A DNA stretch of 64,000 bases from Amoebophrya sp. A120. Lineage: Eukaryota > Protista > Dinoflagellata. The DNA lies in assembly GCA_905178155.1 (NCBI GenBank), contig CAJINV010000003.1:1421557-1485556 (forward strand), read 5' to 3'. How positions within the stretch are numbered: position 1 is the stretch's first letter; each line of letters starts with the position of its first letter. Made by a program: the position numbers and the translations under genes. Positions 1-11,662 of the stretch are shown piece by piece. Below the pieces are notes generated by a model, which was not told where the DNA came from, ran no database searches, and saw only the letters and a program-made list of their open reading frames with translations.

Positions 1-3000
1 TCCAGTCCGGTGTGGCGTTGGATCTTGCGAACCGCCAAAATGTGGGGGTTTACAACAAGGAGCGTCTGAAGGAGATGGTAAAAATCGTCCACAAATACGG
101 AAAGAAACCGAAGGAGCACAATGGGGACTACTTGTCGCGGCAGCAGTGCCAGGAGCGGTTCACCAACGGCGTCGCAGCCGTCAACATCGCGCCGGCCTTC
201 GGGCAAATTGAAACCGCCTGCTTGCTGACGCTGCTGCGAGAACAGGACATTTCCGCCTCTTCGCCGACCAACGCCTCTGGTAAAAGCCTGTTCGAGGAGA
301 TGTACCAGCTGTGCTACGACTCCGCAAAGTGGAAAAAATGGAACAAGAACAACCTGCTGAACCCGAGAACGGAAAAAGAGAAGCTCATCCTGATTTGCGG
401 ACACTACGTCTTGTCGTACAAGACCTTCGTCGAGGAGTTGAAGCCAAAAATTCTGGAAGCTGCGAGGACGTTCCTGGCCCAACAGTCGGAGGAGGTGATG
501 GTGGAGCGGAACGGCGCAACCCTTTCCCCCGACATCAATGTCCTGTACGACAGCTACGTGGTTTCGGAGGTGAAGAAGTTTTTCACACCGTATCTGGAGA
601 TGGCGAAGGAGCTCCAGACGATTTACGGCGCTAATTCCTCGGGTTTGTACGGAACCAGTATCTCCGAGGTGCCCGGAAAAAACATCTTCACCGAAGAATG
701 CGACTTGGAAAACCGTGCGGGCGGTTTGACGTTTCAGTACTACGACGGGTATGGAGACGCATCTGCGGCGGAGACGAGGAAGACGGAAATCCACCGGGTC
801 GTGTGGTCTGCGGCCCCGTCGCCGTACTACTATGCAACCTACATGTTTCCGCTTCCGGGCAAGGATGTGACCAGTTTGAAGTTGTCGCTCGACTTCCTGG
901 ACGCGTACACGCTGTACTTCCGAAGCCACGGCAGCAACACCGCGTCTGGAACGTTGTCCTTGAAGTTCTCGTCTGCGGCCGGTGCTGGCACGGAGTCCAC
1001 GCCTGTTTCCACCTTGGGCCTGGACCAAGCCCTCGACGTTCGCGGGTATTTTTTGGAGGTGGAATTGACCGGCGTCAAAAACGCACACGAAGGCACCACG
1101 TTCTGCCTGTACGTGGCGGGCATCCCCTCCTCGCGCAAGAGCGTGGTCAACAACTTCGTCGAGGACTGTCGGGCCGACAGTAAGAATTCGTTTACAAGGC
1201 GCAACTTCGCCCCATTCTCGGGATTCGTGTTGCATGTAACTACTTGGCTTCAATGCAGATCCATTTGAAAGCTTCGCATCACGTGCGTGTCTCCACATGA
1301 TGGTCGACAAAAAATTATCGTGAGTTCTTCTCATGTTTGACGTACAGAACTATCCGTACTGTACCAAGCAAATTGTTCGAAGTCAGTTGTGCGTGTTGCG
1401 GTGGTGCTGGAAGAAAGTAGACTGCAGGAAGTAGATGAAAAAGAAATCCGGATGTTGCATGACAGAGCGGGGTGATTTTCCTTACCATTCTCTGGACAGT
1501 GGTGAACGATGCGGATAGTACTAGCGCTGCTGCAACGGGCGTTGCGGGTCTGACAGGTGGAGCCGACAAACCTCCCGTTCAGGCGACCATGCCGGGTGGC
1601 CGGCCGCGATCGAAATCGGTGGAAGAAGTGACGAAGGTGATCAAGAAATCGGAGTCGGTGAAAAAAGTAGTGAAGCCCTGGGGACACGAACTCTGGATCA
1701 CCTCGCCCGAGAACATCCACCTGTACTGCTTGAAGGAGATCATGTTGAAAAGCGGCAAGAAAACCAGTCTGCAGTACCACGTGATGAAGCGCGAAACGAA
1801 TGTACTGGTTGAGGGCCGGGCCGTGATGTGGTACCAGAAAAACGCAGACCCGCCGACGCTGGAGGCCAAACTGGCAACACTGTCGGTCGAGGAGCAACAA
1901 GGAAACGCGATGTACAAAGACGTGAACTTGGAGCTTGGGCAGCAGCTGCTGTGGCCGCTCTCTGCCGTGGGTGTGACCCCGCCCTTGATCCACCGTGTCG
2001 AGGCCCTGAGCGATATTCTACTGTACGAAGTTATGGATGTGTCAGGTTTGAAATCGTCAAAGTTGAAATAGTTTGCCATGCATAAAACGGATACCAGTTA
2101 GACCTACAGTTTGTTGTCGGTGCATGACAAATTTTCCCGGTCCTGGAAGCGAGTCTGTCATGCGGTTTAGGGCAAAAGAGCTGCCTTCTGTCATGCTAGT
2201 TAGCAGTCCAACTTTTGACCCTTACCAGGACTATAATCTGCCTCCCGTGGGTCCTCTGCAATAGAGTCACTTTTTGTATCGCATTTTATGCATTACAAAT
2301 TATGTCAACTTTGACGATTTCAAACCTGACGCTTCCATAGAAGTGAGCACCCCGCAGCTCGACGACGTGATTCGGATCCAGGATGACACCAATCGTGCCG
2401 CCTTTGGTCGCATCGCCAGTGAGCACGAAAGTAGCCAGACGCTGAAGGTGTGCATCTTGGCCGCGGGTACCGCCCGGCACATGGGACCTCTGTGTTCGAA
2501 TTTTAACAAGGCGTTGCTACCGATCCACGGCAAGGCAGTGATTTCTCGCATCATCAAAAAGTTTCTGAATGTGCCGACCACGGGCACTCGCCTGAAATTT
2601 GTGGTCGCGCTGGGCTTCCAGGGAGAGCAAGTGAAAAACTACTTGCTTGCCGCGCACAGCGATTTGGATTTCGACTTTGTCGAGGTGCCCGACTACGACA
2701 AGGCCGGTAGCGGTCCAGGAAAGACGCTGTGGATGTGCAAAGATGCGTATAATTATCTTGAACCACGAACATCGATCTTCGCGAAGATGGAGATTTTTCG
2801 GTTTTGTGGCAGTCTAGAATTCTGAAAAAATATATCATTCGAGTGAAGATAGGACATGTGCATGTGGTTTCCAAGAATCCCATACAACAGAATCGGCACT
2901 TCGGAGCCGTTTTACTGGACTTGCTGCGACACGGATATCGGGGACGGCGAAATTCCGTTCGCAAAGACAACGAGCGACTGGGTCGGGGTCTGCCAGGTGA

Positions 3001-4544
3001 ATGCGGCGATTTCGGAGAAGTACTGCAACTTTGCCGTGGAGGGGGACCGCATCGTGTCCGTGAAGAACAAGATTGGGTACTACGACATGTCACCGGACAA
3101 GAGGAAGAGCAAGCAGGAGCCCGTGCAGGACCTCAGCGGCGGCATCTGGACGAGCTTCATTGGGTTGTCCTACATCAAGAGCGCGGACGTGTTCTGGAAG
3201 GCGATGGAAGAGGAAGTGGCGCACGCCGCCGGAAGTGGCGGATCGTGTGAGATCATTCCGGGTTTGGAGGCGATCATGCAGAAAGACTACGGTGCGGTGG
3301 AGGCGCTGCCGTTCGCGCAGTGGCAAGACCTGGGCTCGTTGGACCAATACCTGAAGGTACTGAGTTGTTCATACTCTTACGAAATTTTTTGTCGATGACA
3401 CGTTGGATCAGGAGACACCAGACTATCTCGCTGTACTTACTTGAACCCATTTTGTGCAGAACTATAAATATATCATAGCCGCCATGTCCTTGTAGCCATG
3501 ACACGATCTGATCATCTCGAACTCAATGTACGCAACCAGGTTGTGGCGGCCACTTTTGGCGAGAACTTCAATTTCCAAAAGCCGGACGAGTATCTGTACT
3601 TTGTGAACGGGCGGGTTATCAAGTTTTTCCAAGACGAAGCGATCACGAGGAACCGGGTGTTGCGCGCGCGCGCAAACCCGGGCGTGTGCCCCGAGATCGA
3701 GACCCACGCCGGACAATTTTTGGCATACAAATTCATTCCGGGCACGACCATGTACGTGACATCCACGACGCGAATCTTTCGCAACCTTCTGCAGTGGCTG
3801 CACGAGAAGGTGTGGCTGAAACCCGGGGACGCCGGGCTGGTGATGCCGGCGGACATGAAGCCAAACCAGGAGTCTTTCCAGCAGACCTGTGCCCGTTTTT
3901 ACCAGGAGAAGACGCTGAAGCGCGTGGCGGCGTACCACAAAAAGTACCCGCAGGCCTTCCACATCTCGGAGGACGGGAAAAAGTTCGTGGACAAGAAGAA
4001 CACCATCAACGGCATCGCGAACATCCCCAGCATGGAGTTGTTGCTGGCCGAATTCCCCTTCGAGCTCCTCACGGAGCACGGGGAGGAACGCTTTTTCCAC
4101 GGGGATCTGCAGTTCGACAACGTGATCTACAATCCGGAGGCGGATTCCTTCTGCTGCATCGACTGGCGCCAGGACTTCGGCAACCCGAACACGATCTACG
4201 GCGATTTCTACTACGATTTGGCGAAGATGTACGGTGGGCTCATCATGAATTACGACTACGTCAAGGAGAACAAGTTTCAGTACGCGGAGACGGCAGGCGG
4301 CGACATCTCCTTCGACTGGCAGGTCCGTCACAGCGGCCGCTACTCCTACCTCCCGCTTTTAGAGGAGTTCATCGAGAACACGCTCAAGTGCTCCGTGCAA
4401 AAGGTGAAGCTGCTCGTCGGGATCGTCTTTCTGAACATGTCGCCCTTGCACGACTACCCCTTTGACAAGATGCTCTGGGCGTTTGCGAGAGAGTGGCTCA
4501 ACACGGAGATCAGTAACTACAAAAGAACCAAACAAGGTGCCTAG
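1..4544 (+). CDS. 5'-partial multidomain sugar-metabolism fusion: aldolase/epimerase-like barrel + cupin + nucleotidyltransferase + APH/choline-kinase-like kinase (exons <1-1179, 1500-2031, 2345-2746, 2891-3356, 3540-4544)
   Basis: Motifs KEHNGDYL..NIAPAFG; KPWGHE..SLQYH..EVSTPQLDDVIR (cupin); ILAAG..NKALLP (NTP transferase); HGDLQFDN..IDWR..YYDLAK (APH-like). Three GT-AG introns plus removal of introner 2032-2344 join all segments in one frame. Confidence 0.8.
2032..2339. mobile_element. TIR introner A
   Basis: 39-bp TIR TATGGATGTGTCAGGTTTGAAATCG... with 3 mismatches; TSD GAAGT (2027-2031/2340-2344). Removal restores YEVSTPQLDD. Confidence 0.93.
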
Positions 4545-5140
4545 TGGAGTTTTTCAATAAATTTTTCCATTGTGTATTGAAGCTAATTTTTGAATTTCGT
4601 ACTGGTGCTTCATCGTGCTTGCAGCGTAGTACTCAAAACTAAGCCGCTCCAGTACATTGATTGTACTAGAGCGGCTTCGTTTTGATTGTGGAAATTAATT
4701 CACACTTCGGTCTCTCGCTGAGCACCATGCGCCTCTGGAGTTCAACTCCGCCCTGTAAAAGCAGTCGTTTGTTCTCTCTCAGCGCCAGGTCTAATATCGT
4801 GCGGATTTTTGTTTTTTTCTTGGAGATCCGTGCAATGTACGAGAAAGATCGAGATCCTCGTCTTTGTTCCTCCCATCTGATCTCAGATCAAAAATCACAG
4901 ATTCTGTGAGAAGTTCGAACAAAAAGCTTTTCGGATCAAGGTAATACGCGAGCGCGAAACTGCGTCTGCAGTCCTATTCGCAAGACATTTCTTCTCTTCC
5001 ATTTTAATGTAAGCTGTTCGTGTCAACATTTGGATTTGTGTGGTATTCTAGAGCATCTATCGATCCGTCATACATTTAGAAAAGTCTACTCCCACTTTCT
5101 ATACTTTCATCAAGCCCGAGCCCCACTCACTCTCAGCGCC

Positions 5141-7934
5141 ATGGGTTCGCTGAGCGGCGGCGTGGCGCCGTCTTCGGGCGGCGAGAGTGAATTTGCGCTG
5201 GCGGAACAGTCAAGAGTCGTGCCCGCGACGTCCGCAACGGTGCGGGCCACCGTGGCGCAGGCGATCGTGGAGTTTTTCCAGAGCCAGTACCTGGAGCAAT
5301 TCGACGGGTCCTACAAGCCGATGATTTACGGGTACTGGGGCATTTTCGGGCACGGGAACGTGTGCGGGTACGGGCAGGCGCTGGAGGAAAAAGAGGAGCA
5401 GGTGCCCTACTTCCGCGGCCAGAACGAGCAGGGCATGGCGCTGGCCGCCATGGCGTTCGCGAAGCAGTCGCAGAACCGCCAGGCCTGTGCGGTGACCACC
5501 AGCATCGGTCCGGGCGCGACCAACATGGTCACCGCGGCCGCCTGTGCGCACACCAACCGGATCCCCCTGCTGCTGCTGCCCGGCGACGTGTTCGCGTCGC
5601 GCCTCCCCAACCCCGTTCTCCAGCAACTGGAGGACGTGAAAGCGCAATACTCCGTGAACGACTGCTTCTTGCCTGTCTCCGTGTTTTTTGACCGGATCTT
5701 CCGCGCCGAGCAGCTTCTTGACGCGCTGCCAAAGGCGGCCCAGGCGCTGGCCGACCCGCAACGCCCGGGACCCGTGGTGTTGTCGGTGTGCCAGGATCTG
5801 CAGGCGGAAGCCTACGACTTCCCGGCCCACCTGTTTCAGCGCCGAAACCACCGGCTGCGGCGGTCGCCGCCGGATGGGTCGGAGCTGGAAGGGCTGAAGA
5901 AGGCACTGCTGGAGGCGAAAAGGCCGCTGTTCCTGCTGGGCGGCGGAGTGGTGTACAGTGGCGCCAAAGAAAGTATCACGAGGTTCTGCCAGCAATCAGG
6001 AATTCCGTGCACCGAGACGCAAGCTGGAAAAGGTATACTACTCATAGTGAACCAATTTTGTTGTCATAATAAAACACTGCGCTTTTGTTTTCGTATGTGC
6101 AGTGTGTACAGTCGCGTGTTCGTGTATTGCAAGGCACGTACTACGCTATTTGTTTAAGCAAAACCAATCCCGCGCGACGTATTCTCTTTTGTACACTTCA
6201 TTTTTTAAACGACCTAGGCTGCGTCCCGGACGACCTGTGTCTTGGCGGCCTGGGCGTGACGGGGACGTACGCAGCGAACAAGGCGCTGGAGAACGCCGAC
6301 CTCCTAGTCGCTTGGGGATCTCGCCTGGGGGATTTTGTGACGAGTTCGAACGCCGGGGTTCCGCCCACCTGCAAGCGAGTGTGCGTAAATTTGCTACCCT
6401 TCGACGCCACCAAGATTTCCGCAGCGCCGGTGGTGGGGGACATCAAAATAGTGCTCGACCAGTTGCTGCAGGAACCAAGCCTCGGCCAGCTCGCCGTGTC
6501 TCCGGAGTACAAAAAGGAAATGCAGGCGCTGCGAACCAATTGGCTGGACATGAGGAGCAAGATCTGTGCGCAACCGACGTCCGACAGCATGGTCGTCGAT
6601 GCCGTCAATCAGGTATTTCCATAGTTTTCCGTCCGGTCAAACTTTTTGTTCGAAAAATAAACTTTTTGTTCGAAAAATCAGTTCTTTTATGTGAACAAAG
6701 AAATTCGACATGCATCTGTGAAATTCCACAGTTTACAACCTGTGGCAGGAAACCGTAGCAGGGCTACTAGATACGTACCTGCTAGTACCTACCATTGAAT
6801 CCAGCCCCGCGACCACCTTAAAACCCTTTCAGGTCTGTCATGCGATCAACGGCGTGGCGGTGGCTGCCGCGGGCGGGCTTCCGGGTGAGATGCACAAGCT
6901 GTGGCGGAGCAACGGGATATCAAATGTAAAAATGTCTGGGTCTGGAAACTTGTGATGCTGGGTGGCGTCTCATGATGAGGCTACAAATGCTGGCTCAGCA
7001 TGACAAGTTTCTGAGCGCCTAGGTGTTGCCTGTTCTGCATGACAAACTGCGCCTCTGCATCACAGAAAAGCGGAGCTCTTGGCTAACGTGCATGACAGAT
7101 TTGAGAGTCACGCCAGACAAGCATGACAAACATGAATTCTTCCAGACCCAGACATTTTTACATTTGATACGGGAGGGAAGACTACCATTTGGAGTACGGC
7201 TACTCGTGCATGGGGTACGAGGTGGCCGGGGGCGTCGGCGTGAAGATGGCGAGTCCAGAAAAGGAGGTCTTCAGCATGTGCGGGGACGGCAGCTGGCTGA
7301 TGATGCACACGGAGATTGTGAGCGCGCGCCTGTTGAAGTTCCCCATATCCGTGATCTGCGTCGACAACAGCGGCTTCGGCTGCATTCACCGGTTGCAAAA
7401 CGGCAGCGGGATCCGAGAGTACGGCAATTTGCAGACGTCTGGCGTTGATTTCGTGAAAAACGCAGAGGCACTCGGCGTGGAAATCTGCGTCAAAACCACC
7501 CCCCCGGACCTGAAGGCGACTCTCATGAAACACTGCACGCCGGAAAACCGAGGTTTTTATCTTTTCACTTGAACAACTCTGGTGGTGTTGCTCCGGGCAA
7601 CGCTAGGAAATTTTGATTTTCTCCTGTTTGATTATGATCATGATGTCTAGAGACAACTTTATGCGCTTGGTTACAGGACGAGGAAATCGAAATTATAAAG
7701 CACTGGTATAAATGGTCTTTCGCTTTCAAGATTTCTGGTTGTGTGATTTCTTCTATAGGTAAGTGCAAGTTGTTCCTCGTGAACACCGATCCGGACATCT
7801 CCAGCCCTGGTTACAGCTGGTGGGACGTGGCCATTCCGGAACATTCCAAGCTTTCGAAGTCCGACCAAACTATCTCGGAAAAGCGAGTAGAGTACGAGAG
7901 GCGGATCGCGGCCCGGAAGTCGGCCAAGTTGTGA
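5141..7934 (+). CDS. iolD: ThDP-dependent 3D-(3,5/4)-trihydroxycyclohexane-1,2-dione hydrolase (exons approx. 5141-6032, 6218-6612, 6833-6917, 7175-7552, 7759-7934)
   Basis: IolD signatures TVAQA, GIFGHGNV.G.GQAL, NEQGMA, TTSIGPGATNMVTAAA, LLLPGDVFASR.PNPVLQQ, AAGGLPGEMHKLWR, YHLEYGYSCMGYE, GDGS, SWWDV. Confidence 0.92.
6918..7169. mobile_element. TIR introner B (TATCAAATG family)
   Basis: Perfect 30-bp TIR TATCAAATGTAAAAATGTCTGGGTCTGGAA; TSD CGGGA (6913-6917/7170-7174). Removal gives WRSNGREDYHLEYG. Confidence 0.95.
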
Positions 7935-8523
7935 AGAGAGGCCCTGAAGAAGTGCTGTGTCTGTCGTCGTGGCGTAGAAGAAGTGCCGCCAGCACGACGC
8001 GAGGAAAAGATAAATTTTGCAAACGAAGAATGAACACAACCCGAATTGTTGACCAACGCGCCGCAGCGCAAAAGAACCTGAAAGCAGCTTCTACAGCGAC
8101 CGGAGTACAATAAGCGTAAGAGGACGGCTGCCCCGCCGTCTTAAAGACCGTCTGACAGCCCTCGCAACAAAGACAAAATGAATTTCCAAAGTCATATCTC
8201 CGCGGCAAATGATGTGACCGGCGATAAACAGCATTGTTGTTTCTGACGGAATTATTTGATCCATTGGGCGACCATCCACTAGTGTTTGTGGTCGCGGGCT
8301 CGTCAAAACAGCCGTGTTTGGTCGTAGTAGCATAAATGAGATCCCCGTCTATTACGGACACTTGCTCGGATTTTTGAGGTCGATGGCAAAAGTAATAGCC
8401 AGTTCGTGGCTGTCGATTGATGGGCAGGAACAAGATGTCAAAGTTACAGAATAACGCAGGCAACCACCAGCTTATTCCTTGTTGACATCTTTTCTTCCGC
8501 GTAGTTTCTTTTGCGTGCCACAA

Positions 8524-10830
8524 ATGTTGTTCCTTCGAGCCCGACCTTCTTCTGGAACATCACGGGTGGTGGCTGCCAAGCAGCAGGTCCGCTCGCTGTT
8601 CTGCGTGTACTCGGAGCCCACACCTATTGCCGATTTCAATCTTGCCCCTGATTCATCATCTTCCGTTTTTGGCCATGACGCGGCCGCCCAGCCCCACGAC
8701 TATTTGTCCACGGAGGAGGCCAAGGCGGAGGAGCAGAGGAACTTTCTGGTGGACGCGGTACTGGGCAGAGCCGATTTATTTTCATCCCGGGGCAGCTCCT
8801 TCGACGCTGCGTCCGCGTCCGGCACGAACCCGTACCAGTCCTGTGCGCAACTGCTGGAGGAATTTTACCGAACGCCGCTAACCAACTACAATGGCCTGCA
8901 GCTGGCCGAGTACGCGGAAGCAGCCTGTCGGTGGCGACACCGGGAGGTGGGGTTCTGGGAGGATCTTCTGAACACCTGCCGCGCACCAGCGGCCGTCGAT
9001 ACCATCCGGCCCGCGCACCTGGTGCGGATTTTGTGGGCGTGCCACCGCGTGGACTTCCACGAGGTGACGATGCTCGACGTCCTGGCGGATCGCATGCTTG
9101 CGGAAAGTAGACCAACCGTGGTAGACGACGCGGAGGCTATGCTCGGCCAGCTAGATCCGGCATTGAAACTGGAGTTGCAGTTGCTAAAGCCGCAAGTAGA
9201 ATCTTCTTCTTCGCGCGATCACTTCGTTTCATCCCACACCGTTGGATCCAGTTCTTCGAGTTCGTCGACCTCAAGTTCTTTTTCCTTGCCATCCGGGACC
9301 GCCAGCAGCTGCACCGCGCCGCGGCTCCACAGAAGAACGCAAGCGGTTGCTTTTTCTACTACATCAAAGCGGGATCATGCGAAGATCCTAGCGAGTGACG
9401 GAAAGAGCAATCTATGCGACGAGGAAGACATTTTCTCTGCTTGGCGGAGCGAAGCAAGTCCGAGTCGTAGTGGTCACGGCGCAGACGAGGAAGCGGATAA
9501 TTATGTTGCGAGGAGAAACAAGCGCGTTGATCCGCACAAGTTCTTTCGGGAGCTGGATTTAGCTGCTCTGTCCCAATTAGCGATGCTCATCAGCGCGGTG
9601 CAAGTGCGGTGCGTTCTGCAGAATCGCACCACCCTGCACTTGCGTAAACTCATTCACCTTGCCGTGTCAGAACGGGAAATGGTAAAAAATGGTGTGGATG
9701 ATCCGTCGATAATATCGAAGATCGGCACAGCTACAAGCGCTGGTGTTATTTCCTCTGGCAACAAGAAGCAAAGTGCTGGTGTTGGAAATGCCCTAGGATC
9801 CCGCTCGACAGGATCTGGAAAGAACATGGGAACGAGGAATTTTTCGACAAAAGGGGGGGAGATAGTACATCACAGTAGAAATGCGACCGCATCTTGGCTG
9901 CTTTCGGTTCCGCTATTGCAATTACTGGTTTCATCCTCCAATGCAGCACCGCTTGAACAATGCCGCCCCTTCAGCAGTGCCGCAAAGGGCGGCAAGGGGC
10001 TGTTTTCGAAGAACTTATTGCGGAAGGCGGCTAACAAAATGGGTTTAACCGGTCGTCCAGCCGAAGAGAAAGAAAAACCCACCGGATTCCGTGGGCGAAC
10101 GCCGGGGGCAGGCGGACCGTTTATGCTGGGGGCCTCGACAAAGGACGGGCTGCTGAAAAAAATTCGCGTGGAGAGGGAATTCCTCAAGGCGGAAATGACC
10201 CAGGAAGCGAACCAGGTCGTTGCAGAGTCCTTTGCCCTGCGGAATCAGTACCGCAGTCTGGCGGAGCAGCTTCTGGACGCGATTCTCGATATTTTGCGGC
10301 GGCGCCACGTGGAAAACGTGGGATCTGTGACGACGAGCGCGGACGAAAGTCGGGGTCAGCTGCGAGAATTCGGCGGGCACGACGATGCCACGGAGCAGGA
10401 ACGAGAAAGCCTGAGGTTGCAGCAGGAGACGCGTTCAAAAATGCAGGAAAGCAAGGGGCATGTGAGTCAATTTCGTTCGTGGGTCCTGCTGCTCACCGCG
10501 GTACATCGGATGAAAAGAGTGAATGCGGAAGCGCGAGACATTTTCGAGCGGGGTGCAATCTTCTGTTCTGAATTTTTGTCCATTTCGGAAAATTGGCCAT
10601 TCGTGAAGCCGCGGGAAGTATTGCAAATCGTGAGCATTTACGGCGCTGCCCGCATGCGGCACGAACGCTTTCTCACATCTGTTGCAGAATTCGTTTGCGG
10701 GAGCTCGGCGTCTGGGGCCGAGCTCAGTCGATTTCAAGAAATTATGAGGGAAAGCTTGAACTTCTCACACGCAGAACTCGACCGCATAGCGCAATGCAGG
10801 ACACTTTCGTTACAGAGCATGCTCTCGTGA
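8524..10830 (+). CDS. Hypothetical protein, possibly organellar helical-repeat (HPR/RAP-like) RNA-binding protein
   Basis: Intronless ORF of about 770 aa with an Arg/Ser-rich N-terminus. Segments PAHLVRILWACHRVDF and PREVLQIVSIYGAARM resemble helical repeats; function is tentative. Confidence 0.65.
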   Translation: MLFLRARPSSGTSRVVAAKQQVRSLFCVYSEPTPIADFNLAPDSSSSVFGHDAAAQPHDYLSTEEAKAEEQRNFLVDAVLGRADLFSSRGSSFDAASASGTNPYQSCAQLLEEFYRTPLTNYNGLQLAEYAEAACRWRHREVGFWEDLLNTCRAPAAVDTIRPAHLVRILWACHRVDFHEVTMLDVLADRMLAESRPTVVDDAEAMLGQLDPALKLELQLLKPQVESSSSRDHFVSSHTVGSSSSSSSTSSSFSLPSGTASSCTAPRLHRRTQAVAFSTTSKRDHAKILASDGKSNLCDEEDIFSAWRSEASPSRSGHGADEEADNYVARRNKRVDPHKFFRELDLAALSQLAMLISAVQVRCVLQNRTTLHLRKLIHLAVSEREMVKNGVDDPSIISKIGTATSAGVISSGNKKQSAGVGNALGSRSTGSGKNMGTRNFSTKGGEIVHHSRNATASWLLSVPLLQLLVSSSNAAPLEQCRPFSSAAKGGKGLFSKNLLRKAANKMGLTGRPAEEKEKPTGFRGRTPGAGGPFMLGASTKDGLLKKIRVEREFLKAEMTQEANQVVAESFALRNQYRSLAEQLLDAILDILRRRHVENVGSVTTSADESRGQLREFGGHDDATEQERESLRLQQETRSKMQESKGHVSQFRSWVLLLTAVHRMKRVNAEARDIFERGAIFCSEFLSISENWPFVKPREVLQIVSIYGAARMRHERFLTSVAEFVCGSSASGAELSRFQEIMRESLNFSHAELDRIAQCRTLSLQSMLS

Positions 10831-11662
10831 GTTTACCGAAAAGGTGGTTAGCGCCACTTCTAGAAATTGAAATTCAGATAGATACCACGATTTGCAAACG
10901 CGAGTGACTTCTCCTGTTGCGGAGATAGGTATTGAGGAACGACTATGTTAGAACTATGTGTCAGTGTGTTCTCGCGCATTCGAAATTTCGAAGAGAGGCC
11001 CATCGAGATGTAGTGATGTCGATCACAGATGAGTGTAAAGAGTTAGAGGGAATAGAGTCTTCTAGCGCAGAGAAGAGTGAAGGAGGTGGAGAGAAGTGAA
11101 GATAGAGAGATGATGAGCACGGAGGGGCGGCAAGCTCATCTCAAGAAGCGTTTGTCTCTGGAGCAACTTGCATTCGAACGAAATCGTTTTGGATTCTCTT
11201 ACAACTGAAACAGGAGAGACTTGAGTAATTCGGAGCTGCTTCTTGCTAAAATTCGTTTTTCTTTGTTTTTGTTTCGCAGTATTGCAAAGAAAAGGATGCT
11301 GCATGCTAAACCTGCTTTGTTTTCGTTACTTTTACTCGTCTTTGAATAGACGTTGCATTGTCGACGCGCATGCCCCTGTCCTGTACTGAGAAAGCTCCCT
11401 GTATTTTTGTTGTTGAGCCACTTTATCCGCCACTGGGCGAAGAATTTTATGTGAGAAACCAATAGTAGGATCCCGTGCTGTCGCTCGAGGCAAATTTCTA
11501 GGGCAGTGCATGTTTGAGCCGCGTCGCGACCTTATGGTCGGCGGGTCACCTCCACGATTACCGGTTCCTGGCGGGCCGGCTACCGCGACAGGAGACTCGG
11601 CGTAGGTGCACGCATCAAGAATCGCGGGCGTGGATCTCACAGACTCTCGGTGAGGGTCGATT

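Noticed and set aside
5030-7934. Bacterial contaminant contig or frameshifted pseudogenes
   Set aside because: All breaks are explained by GT-AG introns or introners that restore conserved frames, and the neighbours are eukaryotic genes.
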